Shown here one piece after another: positions 1 through 8,795 of a stretch of DNA of 64,000 nt. Both the position numbers and the translations under genes were made by a program. Below the pieces are notes generated by a model. It made no database searches, had not been told where the DNA came from, and saw nothing but the letters and a program-made list of their open reading frames with translations. Source of the DNA: a virus; IMG/VR virus record IMGVR_UViG_3300043424_000108, positions 17,370-81,369 of that record; one strand, written 5' to 3'. Each line of letters starts with the position of its first letter. Within the stretch, counting starts at the first letter, position 1.

Positions 1-82
1 CCTAATATTATTTTAGTGGAAAGTAGAGCAGGATATGGTAAGAGAGAAAAAGTAGTTACTAGTACTTCTGAACAACTTAATA

Positions 83-784
83 ATGAAGAAGCTAATTGAT
101 ATACCAGATGACTGGTATCAACATTTAAAAGAAACAATAGAGAGTCCGTATTTTAAGAGCCTTGGGGGCTTCATCGCTAAGGAAAGAGCAAGTAAACAGA
201 TCTTTCCTAAAAGGGATGAAGTCTTCAGGGCTTTTAATTTAACTCCCTTTCAGAAAGTCCGTGTAGTTATACTAGGTATGGACCCTTATCCAAACAGACA
301 TAAGGGTGAGCCAGTAGCATGTGGACTTTCTTTTGCACCTAGAAACCGAGACTACGTACCTCCTTCTCTTAGGATTATGTACGATAGAATTAAAAAAGAC
401 ATTTATCCAGACGAGTTATCCTTCCCCATAGATATGAATATAGAATCATGGGCTAAGCAAGGAATTCTTATGATAAATGCAGCTTTAACTATCGAAGAAG
501 GTAAGTCAGGTTCTCACCTAGAACAATGGAAACAATTTACCGAAGAAGTATTTAAGACTCTAAGTAGCAGTACTACAGGTTTAATCTTCTGTTTCTGGGG
601 TAAAGACGCTTTAAAATTTGCTCATCTAGTAGATGACAAATTCCACCACGTATTAACAGCACCCCATCCTGCTTCTGCCATATATCAAAAAGGAGAATGG
701 GCCTGCGATCATTTCACAAGGATTAACGAAATTCTAATGGCTAACAATGGAGAGTCTATTGATTGGCTAGATAACTTAAAATAG
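83..784 (+). CDS. ung: Uracil-DNA glycosylase (family 1)
   Basis: VRVVILGMDPY (GQDPY-like), GLSF, PPSL, WAKQG..NAALT, SH..W..FT, FWG and HPAS motifs. Confidence 0.93.
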   Translation: MKKLIDIPDDWYQHLKETIESPYFKSLGGFIAKERASKQIFPKRDEVFRAFNLTPFQKVRVVILGMDPYPNRHKGEPVACGLSFAPRNRDYVPPSLRIMYDRIKKDIYPDELSFPIDMNIESWAKQGILMINAALTIEEGKSGSHLEQWKQFTEEVFKTLSSSTTGLIFCFWGKDALKFAHLVDDKFHHVLTAPHPASAIYQKGEWACDHFTRINEILMANNGESIDWLDNLK

Positions 785-799
785 ATTAAATAAAAACAA

Positions 800-997
800 A
801 TGAATTGGCAAGATTACGAGACCTTAGGTCATATCGAGTTTAAAGGTAAATTAGTAGAATACCTCAAAGAAAGAACAACAGAAATAAAGAAACTTGAGCA
901 GAACAGTGAGTATGATTACTGTGAGATTCAAGGAAGAACAAAAGAACTAGAAGAACTAACCAGATTTATCGAAACATTTAAAAGACCAGCACTATGA
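800..997 (+). CDS. Hypothetical protein
   Basis: 65-aa ORF after A-rich leader; ATGA overlap with next gene. Confidence 0.6.
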   Translation: MNWQDYETLGHIEFKGKLVEYLKERTTEIKKLEQNSEYDYCEIQGRTKELEELTRFIETFKRPAL

Positions 998-1842
998 ATA
1001 AACTAGATTTATTAAACTCATCAAGAACAAATTGGGTAGTAGAAAAGAAAGCCTTGTTTGGTCCTGATGGAGAACCAACACCAGCATTTGGAGTCTTCAG
1101 AACAGACAACAACAGATGTTTAGGTATTGTAGGAGCCAAGTATGTTCCTACACAGAACGAAGAAATCCTAGATATGCTACTTGAGGCAGCAGCCCGAGTG
1201 AATATCTCAGGTGAAAGAGGTGGTATGCTCGGAGAAGGACAGAAAGTCTATTACCAGTTCCCCCTACAAGATGTAAAAATCGGAGGATCTTATAACAAAA
1301 GATACTTAACTGCTTTGACTTCTCATGACGGCAGCTCTCCTATAGGCTTTGGTGCCACTAACGTAACTGTTGTATGTGCTAATACCTTTTACATGGCACT
1401 AAGGGACTCTCAGCGTGTAAGACACACTAAGAACTCACACGGACGATTGGCTATTATTATCTCTCAACTTCAAAGTTCTTTAACTCAAGAAGAACAGTTC
1501 ATTGAGAAACTAGTAGAGTTGAGTAAGATTAATGTTCCTGAAACTGTTTCAGATGAATTTATCTTAAACATTATCGGTGGAGATGTAGCTAACTCTAGAG
1601 GTAAGAACAGAGTAAATGACTTTAAACGAGCTATCACTACCGAGTATGAGACACATGGTAACACTGCTTATGCTTTGTTTAATGCAACTACTCGCTTTAC
1701 TAACTACATGATGGCACACAAGAGTGTAGAAGCTAAGCGTGAGTCTTTGATTCATGGTAGTGCTTACAGCATTAACAACAAAGGTTTAGAATTAATTTCT
1801 GAAACCTATACACCTTTGTACACACCTGAGTTATCTTTGTAA
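994..1842 (+). CDS. DUF932/DUF945-family phage/plasmid protein
   Basis: RTD..LGIVG..Y...QNEE, SHDGS, VVCANT, RHT and A..LFNA.T pattern. Confidence 0.8.
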   Translation: MNKLDLLNSSRTNWVVEKKALFGPDGEPTPAFGVFRTDNNRCLGIVGAKYVPTQNEEILDMLLEAAARVNISGERGGMLGEGQKVYYQFPLQDVKIGGSYNKRYLTALTSHDGSSPIGFGATNVTVVCANTFYMALRDSQRVRHTKNSHGRLAIIISQLQSSLTQEEQFIEKLVELSKINVPETVSDEFILNIIGGDVANSRGKNRVNDFKRAITTEYETHGNTAYALFNATTRFTNYMMAHKSVEAKRESLIHGSAYSINNKGLELISETYTPLYTPELSL

Positions 1843-1865
1843 TACCTGTTGCATGCCAAAAGATT

Positions 1866-1894
1866 AGGGGGTCATTAGATCCCCTTTTCTTTTT
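1866..1894 (+). terminator. Intrinsic terminator
   Basis: AGGGGGTC/GATCCCCT stem followed by TTTCTTTTT after the 994..1842 gene. Confidence 0.75.
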
Positions 1895-1907
1895 GTGTGT
1901 TCTCAGT

Positions 1908-1915
1908 TATATTTG
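1908..1915 (+). promoter_or_regulatory. Bacteroidota-type -7 promoter element (TAnnTTTG)
   Basis: TATATTTG 6 nt before the ATG at 1922, directly after a terminator. Confidence 0.6.
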
Positions 1916-1921
1916 TAGAGT

Positions 1922-2566
1922 ATGTTAAAGAGAACACCTAAAAAGATTCCCGTAAAGGGATTACCAGAAGAGAGAGATTTGCAGAAGCCTTGCTCTGAGT
2001 GTGGTAAGATTAAAGCAATAGCAAACAAGACAAAAAGATTGTGTGCTACATGCGTAGTAAAAGAGAAGAAGGCTAAACAAAAAGTCCGCAAAGAGATTAA
2101 GAGAAAGATCAAACAAGAAACTATCACTCAAACTAAGTTAGACCAAATAACTTCCTGGCTAGTAAGAGGGGCACACATTAACAAATGTCATGCTTGTGAG
2201 ATTACACTTGACCCTAAAGGACTCCAATGTGCACACTTCGTAGGAAGAACCAAAGTATCTACACGATACCACTTAACTAATCTTTTGCCCGCTTGTCCTA
2301 AATGTAACCTATATACTCCTCACCACGTGTGGAACTTAGGTAAGTCTTTGAATAGGATATGGGGAGAAGATACTACGGAAGATATGTTGCAACTCTCTAA
2401 CAAGATTCTTAAGCTAAGCAACCATGATAGAAAACTCATCTACGATGTGTATAGAACTTGCCTTACAGATATCGAACAAGGCAACTACACTCAAGTTGAG
2501 AAGTATCAGAAACTCCGTGAGGCATTACACGATTACAATAAAATAGTAGGACCATTATTAAAATGA
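1922..2566 (+). CDS. NinG/Rap-like HNH recombination nuclease with Zn fingers
   Basis: CxxC pairs, CHAC...QCAHFVGR...TRY...N..PAC.KCN. Confidence 0.8.
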   Translation: MLKRTPKKIPVKGLPEERDLQKPCSECGKIKAIANKTKRLCATCVVKEKKAKQKVRKEIKRKIKQETITQTKLDQITSWLVRGAHINKCHACEITLDPKGLQCAHFVGRTKVSTRYHLTNLLPACPKCNLYTPHHVWNLGKSLNRIWGEDTTEDMLQLSNKILKLSNHDRKLIYDVYRTCLTDIEQGNYTQVEKYQKLREALHDYNKIVGPLLK

Positions 2567-2572
2567 TTTAAA

Positions 2573-4543
2573 GTGATATATCTAGTAACAAAACAAGATA
2601 TCTCCCTACCTGATGTAACTCTCTGCTCCGTACAAGATTCCCTAGATTACTTAAATAAGTTAGACTCTATTGGTGTCGATACCGAGACTAGTGGTTTTGA
2701 TCCATATACTTGCAAGTTTTATACCTTGCAATTAGGAGACCAAGACGTACAGTATGTTGTAGACCTATCTACGATAGACATTCAAGAGTATAAGAATTTA
2801 CTAGAGACTAAGGAACTCATAGGTCATAACTTTAAGTTTGACTTACGATTCTTGTATCATCAGAGAATTGTACCCACTAGGGTATATGATACGTTTTTAG
2901 GAGAGAAAACATCCCGTTTGGGTATAGAAAGTCATAGATGTTCTTTAGCTGCTTGTGTAGATCGCCATTGCGGAATAACACTTAGCAAAGAAGAACGAGC
3001 AAACATTACAGGTAGACTAACCGAAGGGTTTGTTAAGTATTCTGCCTATGACGTAAAATATCTCCACGAGATTAAGAGTAAGCAAAACTTTAATCAATTT
3101 ACAGAAGGTACAGATGTGTCCATTCAATTGGACAATCGCTTTGTTCTAGTGCTAGCATATATCGAATACTGTGGTATGAAGCTAGACGTAGAACAATGGA
3201 CCAAGAAGATTGAAAAAGTACAGATACAAGCTGATGAGGCAGTAGAAGAACTTAATAAGTTTATCCTAGAGAACAGAATGTCTAAATTTATAGACACTCA
3301 GTTAGACATGTTCTCTACAGGTAATAAGATTAACGTGAATTGGAACTCACCCTTACAGGTTGTAGAATTCTTTGAAGCTATAGGTGTAAACACAACCGTA
3401 GTCGAGAAAGGAGTGAAGAAACAAACTATAGAAGCAAACCATCTAATTAAGTTTGTAGACAAGTACCCGATTATTAAAACCTATCTTTCATTCAAAGAAG
3501 CACAGAAAGACATAGGAACTTATGGTTACAACTGGATAGAACAAATCAATCCAGTAAGCGGAAGAATCCACACACAGTTTAAGCAGTTGATGAACACAGG
3601 ACGCTTATCTAGTGGTGGTAAATCTGGTAACGTAAAGAACTTTAACTTTCAAAACATTCCATCAGACCAAGAGACTCGTAGTTGCTTTGTAGCAGCAGAA
3701 GGGAATACTCTAGTAGGTTGTGACTATACAGGACAAGAACAGATTGTACTAGTCAACAAGTGCTTAGATAAAAACTTACTTGAGTTTTATGATAATGACT
3801 TAGGTGATATGCACTCGTTTATAGCGAGTAAGATGTATCCTGAGTTGGATGGTATGGACTTAGATGAAATCAAAAAGAAACATAAGGATAAGCGACAATC
3901 AGCTAAGGTTGCTGGCTTCGCTATTAACTATGGTGGCTCAGGTATTGGTATAGCAGACCAACTAGGATTAAATGTAGAGCAAGGTCAAAAGATCTATGAC
4001 GCATACTTTGCAGCCTTTCCTGGACTTAAAGCCTACTTTGATGAAACTAAGAAGTTTGGAATAGAGAATGGTTATGTGTTAATCTCTCCCGTAACAGGTA
4101 AGAGATCTTACGTAGATTATTACCAAGAGTTCGCAGAGATCAAAGGCGAATTAACAAAAGACTTCTGGGATAGATACAAATCCCTAAAGAACAGTGACAC
4201 TCCTACTGCTAGGCAAATGAAGGAGAAGGTCAGCAGGTTCTTTAGAAAACGAGGTGACATTGAAAGAATGTCATTGAATTATCCTATCCAAGGTGAATCT
4301 GCGGAGATTACTAAATTAGCTTGTGTATATTTTTGGAATAAGTATTTAGTACCTAATAATTTATTGTTTAAAGTATTGATAGTCAATATAATACACGATG
4401 AAATATTGGTAGAAACTCCTCTAAGAATTGCAGAAGAGACAGCAAAACAATTAGAAAAATCAATGGTAGATGCAGGTGCTAAGTTTTGCAAAAGAGTAAA
4501 GCTAAAAGCAGATCCTTGTATTGCGCCTTACTGGAAGAAGTAA
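2573..4543 (+). CDS. polA: DNA polymerase family A with 3'-5' exonuclease domain
   Basis: Exo motifs DTET, HNFKFD, YSAYD; TGRLSS, NFQNIP, motif A DYTGQE, motif B KVAGFAINYG, motif C IHDE. Confidence 0.96.
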   Translation: MIYLVTKQDISLPDVTLCSVQDSLDYLNKLDSIGVDTETSGFDPYTCKFYTLQLGDQDVQYVVDLSTIDIQEYKNLLETKELIGHNFKFDLRFLYHQRIVPTRVYDTFLGEKTSRLGIESHRCSLAACVDRHCGITLSKEERANITGRLTEGFVKYSAYDVKYLHEIKSKQNFNQFTEGTDVSIQLDNRFVLVLAYIEYCGMKLDVEQWTKKIEKVQIQADEAVEELNKFILENRMSKFIDTQLDMFSTGNKINVNWNSPLQVVEFFEAIGVNTTVVEKGVKKQTIEANHLIKFVDKYPIIKTYLSFKEAQKDIGTYGYNWIEQINPVSGRIHTQFKQLMNTGRLSSGGKSGNVKNFNFQNIPSDQETRSCFVAAEGNTLVGCDYTGQEQIVLVNKCLDKNLLEFYDNDLGDMHSFIASKMYPELDGMDLDEIKKKHKDKRQSAKVAGFAINYGGSGIGIADQLGLNVEQGQKIYDAYFAAFPGLKAYFDETKKFGIENGYVLISPVTGKRSYVDYYQEFAEIKGELTKDFWDRYKSLKNSDTPTARQMKEKVSRFFRKRGDIERMSLNYPIQGESAEITKLACVYFWNKYLVPNNLLFKVLIVNIIHDEILVETPLRIAEETAKQLEKSMVDAGAKFCKRVKLKADPCIAPYWKK

Positions 4544-4803
4544 TGAAAGAAGAAGAGATTAAGGAAGTTAGGAGAACATATCTCCTAGCTAGAGCAGTTA
4601 ACACACAGTATCAATTTATTCGTGAGTTTGTTAATCCAGACTTAAGGAAAGCAATTAACGAAGCTAAGGCAAAGAATGCTTACTTCATCAAGTTATTAGA
4701 CGGTTACTTAGAGAAAAGAAACGTAAGTAGCCAGATAGACGAAGATGAAGAGTTAGCATTCTTGCTATTAGAAGAAATAGAAAAAAGAACAGATGATAAA
4801 TAG
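4543..4803 (+). CDS. Hypothetical protein
   Basis: Start moved to the ATG overlapping the polA stop (TAATG). Confidence 0.6.
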   Translation: MKEEEIKEVRRTYLLARAVNTQYQFIREFVNPDLRKAINEAKAKNAYFIKLLDGYLEKRNVSSQIDEDEELAFLLLEEIEKRTDDK

Positions 4804-5230
4804 AGTTTACATTCCTGCATCTTTATCTCTTAATATAGATGGCACTGTACATCTTAAAGGAGATAGAGAACTAATGCAGTCTTATTTTAGAGAACTTATG
4901 AAACAGGACCCCAAAGTAGATGTAGAGATTTGTATTACACGAATCGACTCAAAGAAAACAAACCCTCAATTGGCTTATTTTTACAGTACCCTAGTACCTA
5001 TCATCCGAGGAGGATTTGAGTCGCTTACGGGGGAAGTATACACCAAAGAAGACGTAGTTGCTTTCCTTAAGGACAAGTATTTCTACGAGGAGATTATGTT
5101 TCAGGGACAATTTATCAAAACTCCTCTTTCACTTTCTAAGGGAAAGAAGGAAGAAGTCCATAAGTTTATCCAAGATGTTATTACCTTTGCAAGAGAAATC
5201 CTGGGAGTGGAAGTACCAGAACTAAGTTAG
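4793..5230 (+). CDS. NinB/Orf-like recombination protein
   Basis: KKTNPQLAYFY...V..FLK..Y...SLS...E...FIQ.V..FA.E.LGVEVP pattern. Confidence 0.65.
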   Translation: MINRVYIPASLSLNIDGTVHLKGDRELMQSYFRELMKQDPKVDVEICITRIDSKKTNPQLAYFYSTLVPIIRGGFESLTGEVYTKEDVVAFLKDKYFYEEIMFQGQFIKTPLSLSKGKKEEVHKFIQDVITFAREILGVEVPELS

Positions 5231-5235
5231 AAATT

Positions 5236-5508
5236 ATGTTATACATTATAGAACCAAGAACAGAAACAAACAAAGTGGAAGCCGTGGGCTTTCCTGGAAT
5301 TAGCCACTACTATGGTGAGAATTCAGTTACTTACAAAGACGAAAAAGGAGACAAAGGAGAAATTACAGTCTCTATAGGGTCTATCGTTAATTGTAATGGA
5401 ACTCCTGGAGTAGTCACAGAAGTTGTTACTATGAAGTTTGGAAGAGTTATCCTAACAGTTAAGTTAGATCATACTCCTAAAACTACTACAGGAGCTTTAA
5501 TGCGTTGA
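5236..5508 (+). CDS. Hypothetical protein
   Basis: 90-aa ORF in a tightly packed operon. Confidence 0.6.
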   Translation: MLYIIEPRTETNKVEAVGFPGISHYYGENSVTYKDEKGDKGEITVSIGSIVNCNGTPGVVTEVVTMKFGRVILTVKLDHTPKTTTGALMR

Positions 5509-5510
5509 TT

Positions 5511-6491
5511 ATGGCAAATGATTTCCCCGCTATGGAAGATTACAACGAGGGCACACAAGCACTTCGTTTTAACAAAGGCAAAGCACATTGGTCTCTAGTA
5601 GATTTTAAGTCTCTAGAGCCAATGGTGGAAGTCTTAGAGTTTGGAGCAAAGAAATATTCCTTGACAAATAAATTGGATATACTATCTTTGTTACAGTTAT
5701 GCCTAAAATCGGAATTTGTAACAACTGTGAAGATAGTAGACCAATTATCTCACGAGGACTTTGTAGTACCTGTTACAGAAAAGCTACGGAAAATTATGGT
5801 ACCTGCACAAGGTGTTCGGAACATAGACCTGTTAATAAAAAATCTATGTGTAGAGCCTGTGCTGAGTACGTCAGAGTGCACAGCTCTAATGAGTATACTA
5901 CCAAAGTCAGAGAATACCAAGCAAACTACAGAAAAAGAGAAGACTTCCGAGAGCAAGAACGAGTTAGATCGGCTAACAGAAGAAGTAATCCAGAGTATTT
6001 ACTTAGGAAAAAAAGATCAGACTTCTTACGAAGACTTTCCAACTATGGAATTACTGAGGAGTTTTATCTCTCTGAGTGCAAAAAAGGCTGTCAAATTTGC
6101 GGAAATAAAGAAAGATTACACATTGACCATGATCATACAACAAGAAAATACAGAGGTATTTTGTGTGGTAAATGCAACAACGCCCTTGGCTTGTTTGACG
6201 ACAATGTTAAAATTATTGCAAAAGCAATCTCTTATTTGCAAAAAAATAACAGTCAGTAACGGTGTATATACCGAATCTGGAAAAAACAATTGGAAAAAAG
6301 GAATGCCAGTAAGCGAAGTAGTTGAAAGCATGCTTAGACATACATTCAGTTTGTTGTCAGGTGAGTCTCACGATAAGGAGTCTTTGATTCACCATATAGG
6401 ACACATACAATGTAACGCTATGTTTATTGCTTACATCCTCAGAGAGAAGCCTGAATTTAATGACTTAACAGATGAAGGTAAAGTTCAGTAA
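5511..6491 (+). CDS. DUF5664 dATP/dGTP diphosphohydrolase-like protein carrying a ~207-codon in-frame insertion
   Basis: RFNKGK..WSLV...LE....VLEFGAKKY then GKNNWKKG......S.LRH.......E..D.ES...H..H..CNAMF; the two halves are separated by unrelated sequence. Confidence 0.85.
   Translation: MANDFPAMEDYNEGTQALRFNKGKAHWSLVDFKSLEPMVEVLEFGAKKYSLTNKLDILSLLQLCLKSEFVTTVKIVDQLSHEDFVVPVTEKLRKIMVPAQGVRNIDLLIKNLCVEPVLSTSECTALMSILPKSENTKQTTEKEKTSESKNELDRLTEEVIQSIYLGKKDQTSYEDFPTMELLRSFISLSAKKAVKFAEIKKDYTLTMIIQQENTEVFCVVNATTPLACLTTMLKLLQKQSLICKKITVSNGVYTESGKNNWKKGMPVSEVVESMLRHTFSLLSGESHDKESLIHHIGHIQCNAMFIAYILREKPEFNDLTDEGKVQ
5661..5690 (+). promoter_or_regulatory. Internal Bacteroidota-type promoter for the nested endonuclease
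   Basis: TTG(ACA) at 5661, 19-nt spacer, TATCTTTG at 5683-5690, ATG at 5699. Confidence 0.75.
5699..6259 (+). CDS. Endonuclease VII-family (His-Me) homing endonuclease, nested out of frame
   Basis: YGIT...CQICG...LHIDHDH.T.K.RGILCGKCNNALGLFDD...AISYL; N-terminal CxxC repeats. Confidence 0.9.
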   Translation: MPKIGICNNCEDSRPIISRGLCSTCYRKATENYGTCTRCSEHRPVNKKSMCRACAEYVRVHSSNEYTTKVREYQANYRKREDFREQERVRSANRRSNPEYLLRKKRSDFLRRLSNYGITEEFYLSECKKGCQICGNKERLHIDHDHTTRKYRGILCGKCNNALGLFDDNVKIIAKAISYLQKNNSQ

Positions 6492-6645
6492 CTTCTTTAG
6501 AGGAAAACAAGGACAACGAGATTATCCTTATTGGTTTTTTTACACAATCCCTACACTAACCTTTAGCAGAACACACTCTAAACAAAAGTTCAGTGTTCAC
6601 TTAGGGTTTTTGTGGTTTAATTTAACTTTAACAATAAACAAATGA
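6472..6645 (+). CDS. Small aromatic-rich hypothetical protein (57 aa; not in ORF track)
   Basis: MKVKFSNFFRG...LGFLWFNLTLTINK fills the gap; ATGA overlap with the gene at 6642. Confidence 0.55.
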   Translation: MKVKFSNFFRGKQGQRDYPYWFFYTIPTLTFSRTHSKQKFSVHLGFLWFNLTLTINK

Positions 6646-7610
6646 TTTTAGATCAAGGATACTTAGACAGTACAGCACAGAGTCAGAGCAGACTTAAAAA
6701 GCTATTGCAACACCCAAACCTTTATTATAATTATGACCCTAGCTCCGATACAGATGAGCCAGCAGAAGTAACTCTAATAGGTGATGGAGTTGATTTAATC
6801 TTAACTCAAGGAGAAGAAGTATTCAGATCAGAGTTCCACATCAGTAGTGTAGAAAGACCTACAGGACAAATGGGAGACTTTGTATGGCATCTTTATACTA
6901 ACCGAAATGATAGTATGGCTGAGACTATTGCGTATGAAGCAGCAAAGTTTAAGCGAGATACTCTCCCTAAGGTAAGAGAAAGATTCGCAATAGAAGGTAA
7001 GACCTATTACGAAGATTTGATTGCAGCAGAAGGAAAGAAAGTAATCTCTTTTGCCCAAGAAGCTCTGATCATTAATATCGCAGAAGGACTCAAGTCACAT
7101 GCCTTCACTTCTAAGTTTGTAAAAGGTAACTCACAGTACAAAGTATTTACCCAACAAGCTTTAAGCTTTGAGTATTTAGGAGTACAGTGTAAAGGTTTAC
7201 TAGATCTAGTAGTTGTTGATGTAGTAAACAACATTCTTTATCCTATCGACTTGAAGACTACTACTACTTCCTTAAATTTTTGGACAGATACTCTTATGAA
7301 GTATCGCTATGACTTTCAAGGAGCATTCTACACAGAAGCTTTGAAGCAAACAGACCTCAGTATCTATGGAGAAAATCTAACAGTTAACAACTTTAGATTC
7401 ATTGTAGAAAGCCAGAAGTTCCCAGGTAGTCCTTTAATCTATGAGCTGTCAGATGAAGCCATGGCTATAGGTAAGATGGGTGGAACTTTCCAAGGTAAGA
7501 CCTACGAGGGTTTTCACCAAGCTATTGAGAGACTTATGTGGCACTCAGAAAACGATTTGTGGGCATACACTAAAGAAGACTACGAGAATGACGGCATCAG
7601 AGTTATCTAA
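6642..7610 (+). CDS. PD-(D/E)XK exonuclease (RecE/Exo VIII-like)
   Basis: SQSRLK, KGLLDLVVVD...PIDLKTT, YRYDFQGAFY, FRFIV. Confidence 0.8.
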   Translation: MILDQGYLDSTAQSQSRLKKLLQHPNLYYNYDPSSDTDEPAEVTLIGDGVDLILTQGEEVFRSEFHISSVERPTGQMGDFVWHLYTNRNDSMAETIAYEAAKFKRDTLPKVRERFAIEGKTYYEDLIAAEGKKVISFAQEALIINIAEGLKSHAFTSKFVKGNSQYKVFTQQALSFEYLGVQCKGLLDLVVVDVVNNILYPIDLKTTTTSLNFWTDTLMKYRYDFQGAFYTEALKQTDLSIYGENLTVNNFRFIVESQKFPGSPLIYELSDEAMAIGKMGGTFQGKTYEGFHQAIERLMWHSENDLWAYTKEDYENDGIRVI

Positions 7611-8055
7611 TTACATAGGCGTGAACGAAGACACTAATAATACAACTAAGTTTATGAGTCCCCTGATATTTACTTCAGGGGCTCAAGCTGCTAGACTATT
7701 GTATAACTTTGGTTTAGTTAACGTTTACTTAGACGATTACGGGTTTAGAGCTAAGCATTCTAACTGTTTGTTCTTTTTATTCGAACCTGTAGACACTAGT
7801 GCTTTCAAAGCTTTTGAAGAAAAGATTACTAGTTTTGACTCTTTCTTTGACTACTACGAGGTAGATGAAAGGATCATGTATGTGTTCAAGCCTAACAAAG
7901 TTTATCACAGAGACATAGAGTTATTTAAGCAAGGTAGGTTTGATGAATTTTCTGAAGACTATAAACTACTACTACATAAAGATATAAAGTTTGATGGAGT
8001 GGTAGTGGATATTACAAAAGAAATTTATAGATTTGAAGAAAGTTTAAAACCGTAG
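7588..8055 (+). CDS. Hypothetical phage protein
   Basis: Likely start ATG at 7588; D.ELF..G.F..FS..YK C-terminal pattern. Confidence 0.6.
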   Translation: MTASELSNYIGVNEDTNNTTKFMSPLIFTSGAQAARLLYNFGLVNVYLDDYGFRAKHSNCLFFLFEPVDTSAFKAFEEKITSFDSFFDYYEVDERIMYVFKPNKVYHRDIELFKQGRFDEFSEDYKLLLHKDIKFDGVVVDITKEIYRFEESLKP

Positions 8056-8056
8056 T

Positions 8057-8497
8057 ATGCATAAAATACCAATCGTTTACAACGCAGTAGTAGGAGGTAA
8101 AGCTAGCCTTTACTTAGATTTAACTAAAAGGATAGCTTTAGAATCTTACTGTAAGAGACTACAGGTAGGATGTCTTATAGTAAAGAATGGAAACATTATT
8201 TCCTTTGGCTATAACGGAACTCCTTCTGGCTTTCCCAATGTATGTGAGTGTGACGATACCACTTTTGACTATGTACTACACGCAGAGTCTAATGCAATCA
8301 CTAAGGCATGCAAGAGTCCTATCAGTACAGAAGACGCAACTATGTACTGTACTCATGCATGCTGTGTGCATTGCGCTAAGTTGGTAATTCAGAGTGGAAT
8401 TACTACATTTGTATACCTAGAAGACTACAGAGATAGATCAGGAATAGAACTCTTAATCACTGCAGGTCTAGATGTCGTTAAAGCAAAAACAATTTAA
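8057..8497 (+). CDS. dCMP deaminase
   Basis: S.C.RLQVGC, GYNGTPSG, HAESNAI and C..C Zn motifs. Confidence 0.93.
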   Translation: MHKIPIVYNAVVGGKASLYLDLTKRIALESYCKRLQVGCLIVKNGNIISFGYNGTPSGFPNVCECDDTTFDYVLHAESNAITKACKSPISTEDATMYCTHACCVHCAKLVIQSGITTFVYLEDYRDRSGIELLITAGLDVVKAKTI

Positions 8498-8502
8498 AAA
8501 AT

Positions 8503-8784
8503 ATGAGCATCACGTTAAAAGGACACAGAGTATTACTCAATCGTCCCGTAAGAGAAGAAAGACTTATCAAACTAACTCCAGAGATGGAAGAAGCGATGGA
8601 GTTTGAAGAGTTGAAGAAGTTGAAGAACTTGGAAGTATTCGCCATCGGAGAAGAAGTACAAGGTATCAACGTTGGAGACAAGGTCTATGTACAGTTAATG
8701 GCATTGCAATCTGCAGAACTTGTAGAAGTAGAAGGCAATGAAAAAATTATGGTAAGATCTAGCGACATCGCTATCATCTGGTAA
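8503..8784 (+). CDS. groES: GroES-like co-chaperonin
   Basis: L.GHRVLL, V.AIGE.V..I.VGDKV, MVRSSDIAII. Confidence 0.75.
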   Translation: MSITLKGHRVLLNRPVREERLIKLTPEMEEAMEFEELKKLKNLEVFAIGEEVQGINVGDKVYVQLMALQSAELVEVEGNEKIMVRSSDIAIIW

Positions 8785-8795
8785 TAAAAAGCTAT

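Larger units (their letters stand above)
5658..6278 (+). mobile_element. Putative homing insertion element (stop-free in host frame, endonuclease in alternative frame)
   Basis: Removing it rejoins GAKKY-GKNNWKKG; length is a multiple of 3; contains a promoter and a complete endonuclease VII ORF; boundaries uncertain by about one codon. Confidence 0.8.

Noticed and set aside
5658-6278. Calling the insertion a canonical intein or group I intron
   Set aside because: No recognisable intein blocks, no terminal Asn and +1 is Gly; the non-ORF flanks are too short for a ribozyme core
2573-8497. Modified-base (dZ or dU) genome pathway suggested by DUF5664
   Set aside because: No PurZ or other base-synthesis gene in the window; UDG and dCMP deaminase fit ordinary T-containing DNA
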